A DNA stretch of 64,000 nt, from assembly GCF_006345805.1 (NCBI RefSeq), contig NC_042997.1, positions 208,754,001 through 208,818,000 of the forward strand, in the 5' to 3' direction. Under the pieces are notes generated by a model that was not told the origin of the DNA, made no database searches, and saw only the letters and a list, made by a program, of their open reading frames with translations. Position numbers and translations under genes: made by a program. This stretch comes from Octopus sinensis (lineage: Eukaryota). Below, piece after piece: positions 25,275 through 36,369 of this stretch; within the stretch, counting starts at the first letter, position 1; every line of letters begins with the position of its first letter.

Positions 25275-25456
25275 AACATGACCTTCTGTTCTATATTTAA
25301 GAGATGAGGAATTATTTACATTATTTACATTTTATGGATATTTGTCCTCACCTTGTTTGTTATCAACACAACGTTTCGGCTGATATACACTCCAGCTTCC
25401 ATCAGGTGTCTTGGGGAAATTTTGAACGTGGGTTCTCATTCCAAAGTATTTTTTGA

Positions 25457-25518
<62 letters not shown>

Positions 25519-25745
25519 TCACTGGCTAGAATCAAACTTGGAATCTTGGGGTTAGTATCCTGTGCTCTTAACCACTATGCTATATGTCCGTGGGCATATG
25601 GAATGAGAACCACCCAGGTTCGAAATTTCCCCAAGACACCTAATGAAGGCTGGAGGGTACATCAGCCGAAATGTGTTAACAACAAACAAGATGAGGACAA
25701 AAATCCATCAAATGTAAATAATGTAAATAATGAACATGACCTTCT
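25275..25745. mobile_element. Inverted pair of PLE pseudo-LTR modules, each with a mutated hammerhead (family a); third copy at 59135-59285
   Basis: 25365-25410(-): GACAC CTGATGG A AGCTG..CAGCC GAAA CG TT GTGTT. 25635-25677(+): GACAC CTAATGA AGGCTG..CAGCC GAAA TGTGTT. The two are separated by (ATT)n and a SINE piece. Confidence 0.8.
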
Positions 25746-26444
25746 GTTCAAAACAACCCTGTTTGAAAACAGGTTCTGAAGCCTGGCTTGAATGAATGCA
25801 CTAATTCCTTTTATTGGGGTTACAGAAATAGGTCCATTTTTGACCCCCAGTTACAATTCAACACCAAAAACTGACATTTCAGTGATTTTCCAGTAGCTGT
25901 TTGCTAATGTTTACATGTCATTAAGCCTGGTCAATGGTCAGTTCACAAGGAGCTTCTCAACAGAGTTTGCTCACGAGGCCAAACTTATGGAGGTGCTGAC
26001 TGATGTTGCTTTATCAATATTACACTTGGTCAAGGTGGCAAACCAGCAGAATCTTTAGCATGTTGGGTAAAATACTAAGCAATATTTTGTCCATCTTTAA
26101 CTTTTGAGATCAAATTCTTTTCTACTCTAGGCACAAGGCCCGAATTTTTTGGGGTGGGTGGGGGGAGACTAGTCGATCAGATTGACCCCAGTACGCAACT
26201 GGTACTTAATTTATTGACCCTGAAAGGATGAAAGGCAAAGTCAACCTCGGCGGAATTTGAACTCAAAATGTAACGGTAGACGAAATACTGTTCAGCATTT
26301 CGTGCTAACGATTCGGTCAGTTCATCGTCCTTTTGAGATCAAATTCTACCAAATTCTTTGCTCTTCACCCTTTCAAGGATAATAAAATAAATACCAGTTG
26401 CATACTGGGGGCCAATGTAACTGACTTCTTCATTCCTGTAAATA

Positions 26445-26669
26445 CAGGGGTCGGCACAAAAGTAGGTATACAGTAAGCATCACATCAATGTCATAAAACT
26501 TAATTCATTAAAATGATTAACACATTAGATTAATTAGCCTCATTTTTGATATTTTCAATGTCATTAATCATGATAATACTTTTATCGTAACTTTTAACTA
26601 TTTTCATAAAAATAAATGAGAACTGTATTTTTTTTTTCATAACTGTATACCTACTTCTGCAACCCACTG
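26445..26669. mobile_element. Tc1/mariner-type MITE
   Basis: TA-CAGGGGTCGGCACAAAAGTAGGTATACAGT ... ACTGTATACCTACTTCTGCAACCCACTG-TA. Confidence 0.8.
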
Positions 26670-27366
26670 TATTCCTCTTCTTCAATTCTTTGTCTACAAC
26701 AACAATTCTGTCAAGAAGAGTTCCAACATTCTATGTAGCATCATTCAATGTGATTCTATTCTTTAGAAAATGGTTCTGGAAATTCTTTTTTTTTTTTCCT
26801 TGCTTCTGCTTTGTTTGTTTGTTGAGCGAAGCGGTCTTCATCCCAGAGCTCGCAAGATCATGCCTCAGGATTGTCTGTAGTGGGAGAACTCCGAATCGTG
26901 GTCCTTTGCTATTTGTAAGACCTGCAGAAGAGAAAGCAGGTCAACCCCCGACACCGAGAGCATCGATGGATGGATGAATGCGCATCCAGGCTCAGCGGTT
27001 GCGTAGGAAGTCAGGGACAAGAAACAGGAAGAAAGAGTGAGAGAAAGTTGGAGCGAAAGTGTACAACAGGGGTCGCCACCCCACCACCTGCCGGAGCCTC
27101 ATGGAGCTTTAGGTGTTTACGCTCAATAAACACACACAACTCCCGGTCTGGGAATCGAAACCGCGATCGTCCGACTGCAAGTCTGCTGCCCTAACCACTG
27201 GGCCATTGTGCCTCCACTTGCTTCTCCTGTTGGCATGAATGGCCGTCAGCCATGAGTAGCTGACGAGCTTAATGGCGGAACAATGTTTATGTTACCTTTT
27301 CTAGACCTTTCCCAATTTTCGAATGAGCAATAAGGCAGCAGGCAGGTAAAATCGTTAGCATGCCAG

Positions 27367-27475
27367 AGGCTCGAAACGTAAAAGACTTTTTCTATTCCTG
27401 AGCGTTATACTAATACATCTGTTTGTTTTGTACACCACCTGTCTTCGTCTTTTATTTTTTTCGTAAACTCTCCCT
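27367..27475 (+). mobile_element. Solo 3' fragment of the Neptune-PLE pseudo-LTR (half hammerhead)
   Basis: AGGCTC GAAA CG TA AAAGAC...CCTGAGCG..ATACTAATAC...CTTCGTCTTTT matches the reverse complement of 36370-36490. Confidence 0.8.
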
Positions 27476-28207
27476 TGATAAAATAAATACCAGCTGTGTG
27501 CTAGGGTTGATGTAATCAACGTAACTACTCCACTTAAATTGCTGGCCTTGTGCCAAATTTTAAGCCAATATTTTGGTGAACAGTGTTCTACCTTAAAAGG
27601 ACTGAGCAGTCACAAAAGACTCTGCCCAAGCCAGTTCCTGCTCCACAAATGGACAACGGAGTTAGACAAGCCTTAAACCACTTCCATGTAAATCAGCAAC
27701 TGTATACCTCCAACTCATTAAGATTGTTTGCATTGCTTCTTTCCCAGCACTGCAGGACTACAAAGAGATATTTGCACATGGAAATCAAAGCAGCATGTGC
27801 CCGTCTTACATAAATACCACCCTCGAAGTGTCAACAGCTGAGAAGGACACTCTGAAAAACCTGCAGTTGATGCAGTCATCAATCATGTTGCATCTGCAGG
27901 TAATAAAATATATATATCATCATCATCGTCATCATCATTTAGCATCCATTGTCCATGCTGGCATGGGTTGGATGGTTTGACCAGGACTGGTAAGCTGAGG
28001 GTCTGCACGAGACTCCAGTTTGATTTGGCATGGTTTTTATGGCGAAATGCCCTCCCTAACAACAACCACTCTGAGTGCTGCAGATTTTTTAAACCCTGTA
28101 AGAGAACTCGGAAGGTTGGGCTTCCAACCAGGCCTTTCGCAATGCCCTTAAAGCCAGGAACTTTTCAGCACCCCCTTGTGTATGTGTGTGTGTGTGTGTG
28201 TGTATGC

Positions 28208-28241
<34 letters not shown>

Positions 28242-28759
28242 TCGAGTGTGATCGTTACCGCATCGCCTTATTGCACTTGTGCTGGTGGCACATGAAACAT
28301 TCGAGCGAGGACATCGCCAATGCCGCTGGACTGGCTCCTGTGCAGGTGGCACATAAAAAGCACCATTTGGACGTGGCCGTTGCCAGTACCACCAAACTGG
28401 CCCTCGTGCCGGTGGCACATAAAAGCACCCACTACACCCTCGGAGTGGTTGGCATTAGGAAGGGCATCTAGCTGTAGAAACTCTACCAGATCAGATTGGA
28501 GTCTGGTTCGCCAGACCTCAGTCAAATGGTCCAACCCATGCCAGCATGGAAAGCAGACGTTAAATGATGATGAAGCATATAAAACACGTATACATAAACA
28601 TACAAACACGCCCCACACACACACAAACACACATATAGCAAAGCAAATACAGGAAAGCAATAACAATGATAAACAAAAAAATTTCAAAGAACTTTCACAG
28701 TTAACATTACTATAGATGATGATGATGACGATGAACATGATGACAAAGGTGGTGATGCT

Positions 28760-28790
<31 letters not shown>

Positions 28791-29639
28791 ATGATGACAG
28801 CAAAGACTAGAACAAACTATATTTCATGAAAATCTCTAGTGTCAGACAAGATGAGGTGACATATGTAATTAAAGTACAAGAGGACCTTGTGAGTTTTTAA
28901 GTATTATATGGGAACAAAAAATACGTCTTTGAGCGAGTCCTGATTTTTGTCTTTGTACAGAATAAATAACTTCAAGTGTTTTTTCCTGATTCAGAGGAAA
29001 CGCTCTTGGGGATAAACCACCACAAAAAGAACAGGATTTTAGATAGAATGATCAAAGGATAATCTGAGTCAATTTGATAACAAAAAAGATTATTGCTATG
29101 AGATCATCTTGAAATAATTAAAATGGAACATTGTTAAACTGTGGTTAAGAACAGGCTTGGAAAACAACAATATTGACTTTTTATTAACAGCTGTATATAT
29201 CAATATTAGGTCAGCCTAATTGCTGTTGATCTAATTGCATTTAAACTGACCATATATTCGACCAATTTTATGTTCAAACTGGTCAGAACAGTCCTCTCAC
29301 ACCAACCCAACAATGTCATTCTAAAAATCCCCTGGCTGGCTCCCATGCCAGTGGCACATAAAAAGACCATCCAAACCTTGGCCGATGCCAGTGCCCCCTA
29401 ACTGGCTCCTGTGCCAGTGGCATGTAAAAAGCACTATCCAAACATATGGTTGTACAAATGAGTACATGGCATGTTACACTCATATATGTTTGTGTATATG
29501 TGTTTGTATATGTATGTATGCTATATTCTTGTGACTCAATATTTTCTACACCTGTGAGTATATATACCTCTTAGAAAGTATACCGCTACACAAGCCATCT
29601 GCCTACATATTATGTGTATATGTATGTGTTTATATATAT

Positions 29640-29951
29640 ATAAACAATTGCAGCATGGAAGGTGTTTATAAGCCATTTAAAACAAACAAAAACTGTTAGA
29701 TTCACTTTAATATTTAAATTTAATTTGTCAAAATATTTTCGTTGCTTTGAGACCGCGACCTGTTCACTGACAAAATTCCGTGCTGCATCTTTTGTCAGTG
29801 AACAGGTCACGGTCTCAAAGTGAAGAAAATATTTTGGCAAATTAAATTTAAATATTAAAGTGAAACAAACAGTTTTTGTGTTTCTTAAATGGTTGATAAA
29901 CACCAGCACACGATCTCAGATCAGATCACTTGTTATGCAAGTACATCTCCG

Positions 29952-29955
<4 letters not shown>
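29640..29955. mobile_element. Foldback pseudo-LTR module carrying two G3:C8-variant hammerheads
   Basis: Arms 29661-29775 and 29789-29904; same family as 58900-59095. Confidence 0.85.
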
Positions 29956-29986
<31 letters not shown>

Positions 29987-30129
29987 CATCCACTCCACAC
30001 TTTAAAGTTGCTGGCATTTGGAAGGGCATCTAGTGGTAAATCTCTTATCTCAGCTAGGTGATCCCATAGGACACCCCACATGGGGGTTTCAGTTGTGCAT
30101 ACTATAGGGGTCACAGGGCGCTAACTAGG

Positions 30130-30890
30130 AATATTAGGGTCTCATCATTTGTCTTGCATTCAAGATCCTCTGCATGACATCCTGCTATTTCAAAGCCTGG
30201 AATCTGATCTGTTAGGTCCTGCCGATATCTAAATCCACGCCCTGCTGCCGACGCTTCGATTTATTGTCATTAAGGTTTTGTCTGTCTCCTACCCTTTGAC
30301 CTGTCTGGCCTAGCAAGACCTGCCGTAAGATTTCTCCCCCACCCCCCAGCAAGCTCTCCGAGTCAATGAAGCACACAAGCACTTTGCCATGACAAGGTAC
30401 TTGTTGAATTGACCATTTACTACACAGTAGTTCTTCTGCCCTTTGGCAGTCTTATGTTTTGTCCCACAGAGTGTCCAAAAATGACCCTCCTCACCAAGCA
30501 AGCTTGATGGAGTTGCCAGTTTAGTTGCCGATGACCCAAACATGCAACTCATTATAGTGGATTACATGTTACCAGTAGCACTCCAGAGTGACCTGTAAAA
30601 GCCGTGCCAAGACTGACCTCGCCTGCGCTTGTGCCACATAAAAAGCACTCAGTCCACTCTGCTGAGTGGTCAGTGTAAAATAAGGGCATCCAGCTATAAA
30701 ACTCCTGCCAAAACAGTCACAGAAGTCTGGTGCAGGCTTCGGCCTGACCAGCTCTTCCCAAACGGTCCCACCCATGCTAGCATGGGAAGTGGATGTTAAA
30801 CGATGATGATGATGATGATGATGCATATGTGTGTGTGTGTGTGTTTTATATATCTGTATGGTTATGCACGTGTATACTTGTATGTATGTG

Positions 30891-30936
<46 letters not shown>

Positions 30937-31510
30937 ATACACACACACACATGTAAATGTCGAAAGAGGGAAATGAGTGCTCAACACTGCTTTAATGGAT
31001 ATAATTTCTTTATTTGTGAATTAAGGCTACCATTGGTTTCATGTTAAGAAAAGTAGGCAAATATAGAAAGACCTGGAGAAATAAACCAGTTAAGAGAAGA
31101 AGACCATGGAAGCTCAAAGGCCCAGCAAACAGACAAAAATCCAGAGATTTGCTAATGGAAGCTTCTGACGAAAGAGCGAAAGAGTTGGTGACATATAGCT
31201 TAGAGGACAACTGGAAGTTCTTGAGGGACAATCTACTGAGGGCTACACAGGAAATCTGTGGTTGGTGCAGAGTCCCAGCTAGACCAAAGGTGACATGGTG
31301 GTGGAGCAAAGACACAGGCCTGGAAGGAATGGAAAAATAGTGGGAGCAGGGAATTATATCAGGAAGCCAAAAGGTATACACAGCAAAAGGGGTATACTGA
31401 TGACCCTGCTCTTCTGGCAGAATCTTTAGCAAAACTGGGGAAATTCCAATGGAAACAAAGGAAGACATGGGATGAAGTGGTAAGGACTCATCTCAGGAAG
31501 TTGGACCTCA
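30130..31510. mobile_element. RTE fragments: probable 5' UTR (-, ~30130-30400), 3' UTR (+, ~30570-30825), internally deleted ORF piece (+, 31040-31510)
   Basis: LEDNWKFLRDNLLRATQEICGWCRVPARPKVTWWW and KTWDEVVRTHLRKLDL. Confidence 0.7.
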
Positions 31511-31519
31511 CTCCCCATT

Positions 31520-32520
31520 CCTGTCCTTACACCCTTGTTCCTCTGTATCATTGCTACCCAGTAGCCCCTTCCAACTCTATATATACCCAGGTCTTTTGCC
31601 AATAACTTGCGCTCTTTAAGTGCAGTTCCTTCACAATATCCTGTCACTTATATTATGGCATTTGAACCTCAAGGGTATGCCCTGGTACTTGCCATCATCT
31701 ATCTCTCTCTCTTCCTTTACTCAACCATCCCGTTTATACTCTGATCCCCATTCCTTGTGAAAATGCCCGGCACCCATTCTCTTCCTCATATTTCCACTTC
31801 ACGCACTATGATTACCTCCCACTCCCCAATCTTGTCCTCTTGGCCAGGTGACATTGTACCATTACTCTTTGCCTGCCCCTGACCTGTGTGTCCTACTCAC
31901 ATGCCTTGACTCACTCTATTATTGACATCTGCTAACCCCTGACCCCGGTGTTCCACCCACACATAACAACAAAACTTTTCCCTCACCCGACCCCAACAAA
32001 CCAATCTACATCTCTTCTCTTTCTCGCATGTCCTCCTCCCTTCATTATGCCTAGGCTCTCACTCCCCAATCCTGTCCTTACAATCACTGCTACCCAGCAG
32101 CCCCTCCAACTCTATACACACCCAGGTCTTTCGTCACTTACCCGCACTCTTTAATCGCACTCCCTTCCCAATACCCTCTCACTTATATTATGACGTTCAA
32201 ACCTCAAGGGTACGCCCTGGCACTTGCCACTATCTGTATCTCTCTCTTCCTTTACTCAACCATTTCATTTATACTCTGATCCCCATTCCTTGTGAGCATC
32301 CCCGGCAGTTTGCTACCATATCCATCCAGCAATCTCCCACACACTCTCTCTCTTTCTTTTGCCTTTCCCTCAGGTTGGGCAACCATGTATTTTCTTTGCA
32401 GTAGCACACCTGCTTCTGTCTTCATCCCTGATCATTCTCTCTCCAGCCAGGTAACCTTGTACTTCCTCTTCAGCAAGACATCTGTATCTGTCTCCCTATA
32501 ACTTTTTCATCATCACCTCC
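31520..32520. repeat. Unclassified dispersed repeat with internal duplication; second copy at 61320-61700
   Basis: CCTACTCACATGCCTTGACTCACTCTATTATTGACATCTGCTAACCCCTGAC...CCCTCACCCGACCCCAACAAACCAATCTACATC occurs at ~31890 and ~61365. The block at 31560-31770 is repeated at 32110-32295. Confidence 0.75.
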
Positions 32521-34539
32521 TCCAATGCCTCCCCACCCTCTTGAAGGTTTTTGCTTTGCAAGTACTTGGGGACCCTGTCAGTGCAGGTGCCACTTAAAAA
32601 CACCCAGTCCACACTGTAAAGTGGTTAGTATTTCGAAGAGTATCCAGCTGTAAAAACCTTGCCAAAACTGACCTCGCCTGTTTGTGCCACATAAAAAGCA
32701 CTAAGTCCACTTTGCTGAGTGGTTGGCATTAGGAAGGGCATCCAGCTGCAAAAATCCTGCCAAGACAGTCACAGAAGTCTGGTGCAGGTTTCAGTCTGGC
32801 CAGCTCTTGTGGTAGCATCCCACCCATTCTAGCACAGAACATGGACGTTAATTGATGATGATATTTATAAAGATAGATATTTCTCATGAGCTTTCTAGAC
32901 TGATAACCTAGTGTAGGACTCAATACATGTATGCTTCAGAAGAAAGTGTTAGATGAGTACAGAGTGATAATAAGAAAAAGAGAGGACACAGGAAAAATAA
33001 TGTTTATGTTATGACAACCATTGGCTTACAGTTGTTTCTGCTACAAGATGCAGAGCACAATATGTTTGTTAACCATGCTGGCCCTTTAGAGTGTATCTAA
33101 TGCCTACAAGTATAGTATCATCATCAGCATCATCATTTAATGTCCGCTTTCCATGCTACATGGGTTGGATGAATTTGACTGAGGGCTGGCGAACCAGATG
33201 GCTGCACCAGGCTCCAGTCTTGATCTAGCAGAGTCTCTACAGCTGGATGCCCTTCCTAACGCCAACCACTCCGAGAGTGTAGTGGGTGCTTTTTACGTGC
33301 CACCAGCACAGGTGCCAGTCAGGCAGTACTGGCAATGACCTCACTCAAATCTTTTTACACATGCCACCGGCACAGGTGCCAGTAAGGCGACGTTGGTAAC
33401 ACTCACGCTCGAGTGGTGCCCTTTTACACCCAATACTGAAACATATGTAGGAATAGAACTAAACAAGTAGAAAGTCAGTGCACATGTTCTTTACTCTTGT
33501 TGTTGCTGTGCTCTTTCTGTTACACCATGGCCTACCCTTGGATAAGGATCACTGGTGTGTACAAGCAATGATGGGAGTTTAACATGGTTTACACTAGAGC
33601 TGAAACTACTATATACAGCAGTTATATTATCATACTAGGCGCTGGAGTGACTGTGTGGTAAGTAGCTTGCTTACCAACCATATGGTTCCGGGTTCAGTCC
33701 CACTGCATGGCACCTTGAACAAGCATCTTCTACTATAGCCTCGGGCCGACCAAAGCCTTGTGAGTGGATATGGTAGACGGAAACTGAAAGAAGCTTATCG
33801 TATAATATATATATATATATATATATGCGTGTATATGTTTGTATCTGTGCTTGTCCCTCCAACAACACATGTTTATGGTCCCGTAACTTAACGGTTCGGC
33901 CAAAGAGACCAATAGAATAAGTACTAGGCTTACAAAGAATAAGTCCTGGGGTCGATTTGCTCAACTAAAGGCAGTGCTCCAGCATGGCCACAGTCAAATG
34001 ACTGAGACAAGTAAAAGAATATCATTTTACAATAATTATATTATATTTTATATTATAATTATATTATTACTATGCATTTGATGGAAAGGTAAAATATGCG
34101 TTTGAGCCAATCCTTATTTTTGTCTTTTTACAGAATGTTTAGCTTGAAGAGTATTTCCTGAATCAGAGGAAAAGCTGCGGAAAAAACCACCACAAAATGA
34201 ACAGTGTTTTCAATAGGACATTGAAAGGAAACACTGAGGCAGTTTGATAATAAATCGGATTATTGTTATGAGACCATCTTGAAGTAATTCAAACAGAACA
34301 TTGTGAAGCTGTGCTTGACAATTAGAACGGATACATATGCATCTACATATTAGAATGGCTACATATACATACAAGCACCTATACACATATACAGAAGAAA
34401 AGTGATGTCAAGAGAATAACCAATTATCTTGTGAACTTCATTAGCTTACAGCTGTTTCCACTACAAGAATAAGTGCTGGGGTCGATTTGTTCAACTGAGG
34501 CAGTACTCCAGTATGGCTACAGTCAAAAGAAAAAAAGAA

Positions 34540-34626
<87 letters not shown>

Positions 34627-34848
34627 TGATCCCTACTGTACTCTTTTGCCACAACTTTCTCCCACTCTTTCTTCTATTGGCCTGCTCGCTTAGCCAGTGG
34701 GGTGGCATCATTCGAAGGCTAAAACAATGCGAAGCGCATTGTGACCAGCGATGTGTAGCAACATCTGATAGCCTGGTCGGTCATGGTAATATATATACAT
34801 AATATATATATATATATACCTATATATATATATATATATATATATAGA

Positions 34849-34883
<35 letters not shown>

Positions 34884-35236
34884 ATATTGCTTAAATGTAT
34901 TTATTTTCTGAAATCAATTGCATTTATATTTGAGGTTCTGATGAAACTGTAAGGTGTTACTCAGGCACTCAACAACGAGCTCACCACATCTTGTGGTGGA
35001 AACAGCTGCAAGCTAATGAAGTTTACAAGATAACTGGTTATTCCTTTGTCATCTCCTTTTTTATCACCACTCTGTACCCGACCAACACTTCATTCAGAGA
35101 CATGTGTACATTGAGTTCTATACCAAGTAATTAGTATCGCACTGCCTAAGCAAAATATCAAAAATACACACACACACACACAACACACACACACACACAT
35201 ACATATGTGTGTGTGGGTGTGTGTGGTTGTGTGGTG

Positions 35237-35269
<33 letters not shown>

Positions 35270-35274
<5 letters not shown>

Positions 35275-35625
35275 GGTCCCGGGTTGAGTCGGGGTTAACC
35301 ACAGTAAATAAGGTACTCAATACATAGCAGAGTAAATTAATTTATTTTATAGAAGGAGCTTCTACAGGACTAGAACTGTTCATTCAAAAAGAAATCATCA
35401 GGAAGCAAGTAGACAAGAGTTGTTTGGGTTTTATTTACATTTAGGCAGGTTTAAATGGGTGGTGGTGGGGGACTTTTTGGGGGTAGGCATGGCGCAAAAC
35501 TGTCATTATTAGGGAGTGGTCAAAGGAATCTGGTGTGGTAAAGTAGATAAAAAGAAAAAAAATAAAACATAAAAATAAAAAAAATAAATAGAAAAGTTTT
35601 AGGTAAGTGGGGAGACTCTCACTTG
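35270..35625 (-). mobile_element. PLE-type pseudo-LTR family X with hammerhead; further copies 40470-40715(-), 42735-43100(+), 43530-43882(+), fragment 44175-44290(+)
   Basis: Shared terminus GGTTAACCCCGAATCAACCCGGGACCTA abutting (TA)n; HHR motif at 35358-35406. Confidence 0.8.
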
Positions 35626-36369
35626 TACATCTACATATATACATATACATACATATACATACACATATACACACCCGCCTATTCACATATATCTATACAT
35701 ATACATACATACCCACATATACATACATATATATATACATACATACGTACACATACATATATATATATATACATATATCTACACATACTCATGTACGTAC
35801 ACACAGATACACAAACACATACACATACATAGACATATGTATACCCACTCGCACATATATATACAAATGCATCTACATGCACGCACATACACACACATTT
35901 TTATTCTCTTATTTTAATTTTATTATTTTTATTAACTACTTTGGTTTATATCTTTATTTTTATCTTGACCGGTCAAACTTGTCCCAAGGGATCTCTAAAG
36001 ATACTGTTTTTCTATCTACTTACTGATATGAATGCAAGCACTTACTCACGCCCACACATTCACACGTACACTCACGCACAAGTTATATTCATACACGCCT
36101 ACATCTACATACATTCACGTATATTCACATACACGCATACACATACATACCTCAACACACCCACAGAAGACTAGTCCATACATATACACTAATTAATGTA
36201 TATACACATATACATGTACACATACATATACATACATACATATACATACACATATACCCATATATATACATATATATATACACATATACATTCATATACA
36301 TATACATACACATATACACTCATACATATATACACATGCACACATACACATATATATATATATATATAT

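Noticed and set aside
34934-35014. CTGATGA ... GAAA CAG CTG CA AGCT as a hammerhead
   Set aside because: The hairpin next to GAAA is ~37 nt from CTGATGA, U16.1 is absent, and related copies (~33025, ~34445) show no adjacent core. The inverted pair is real but the ribozyme is unsupported.
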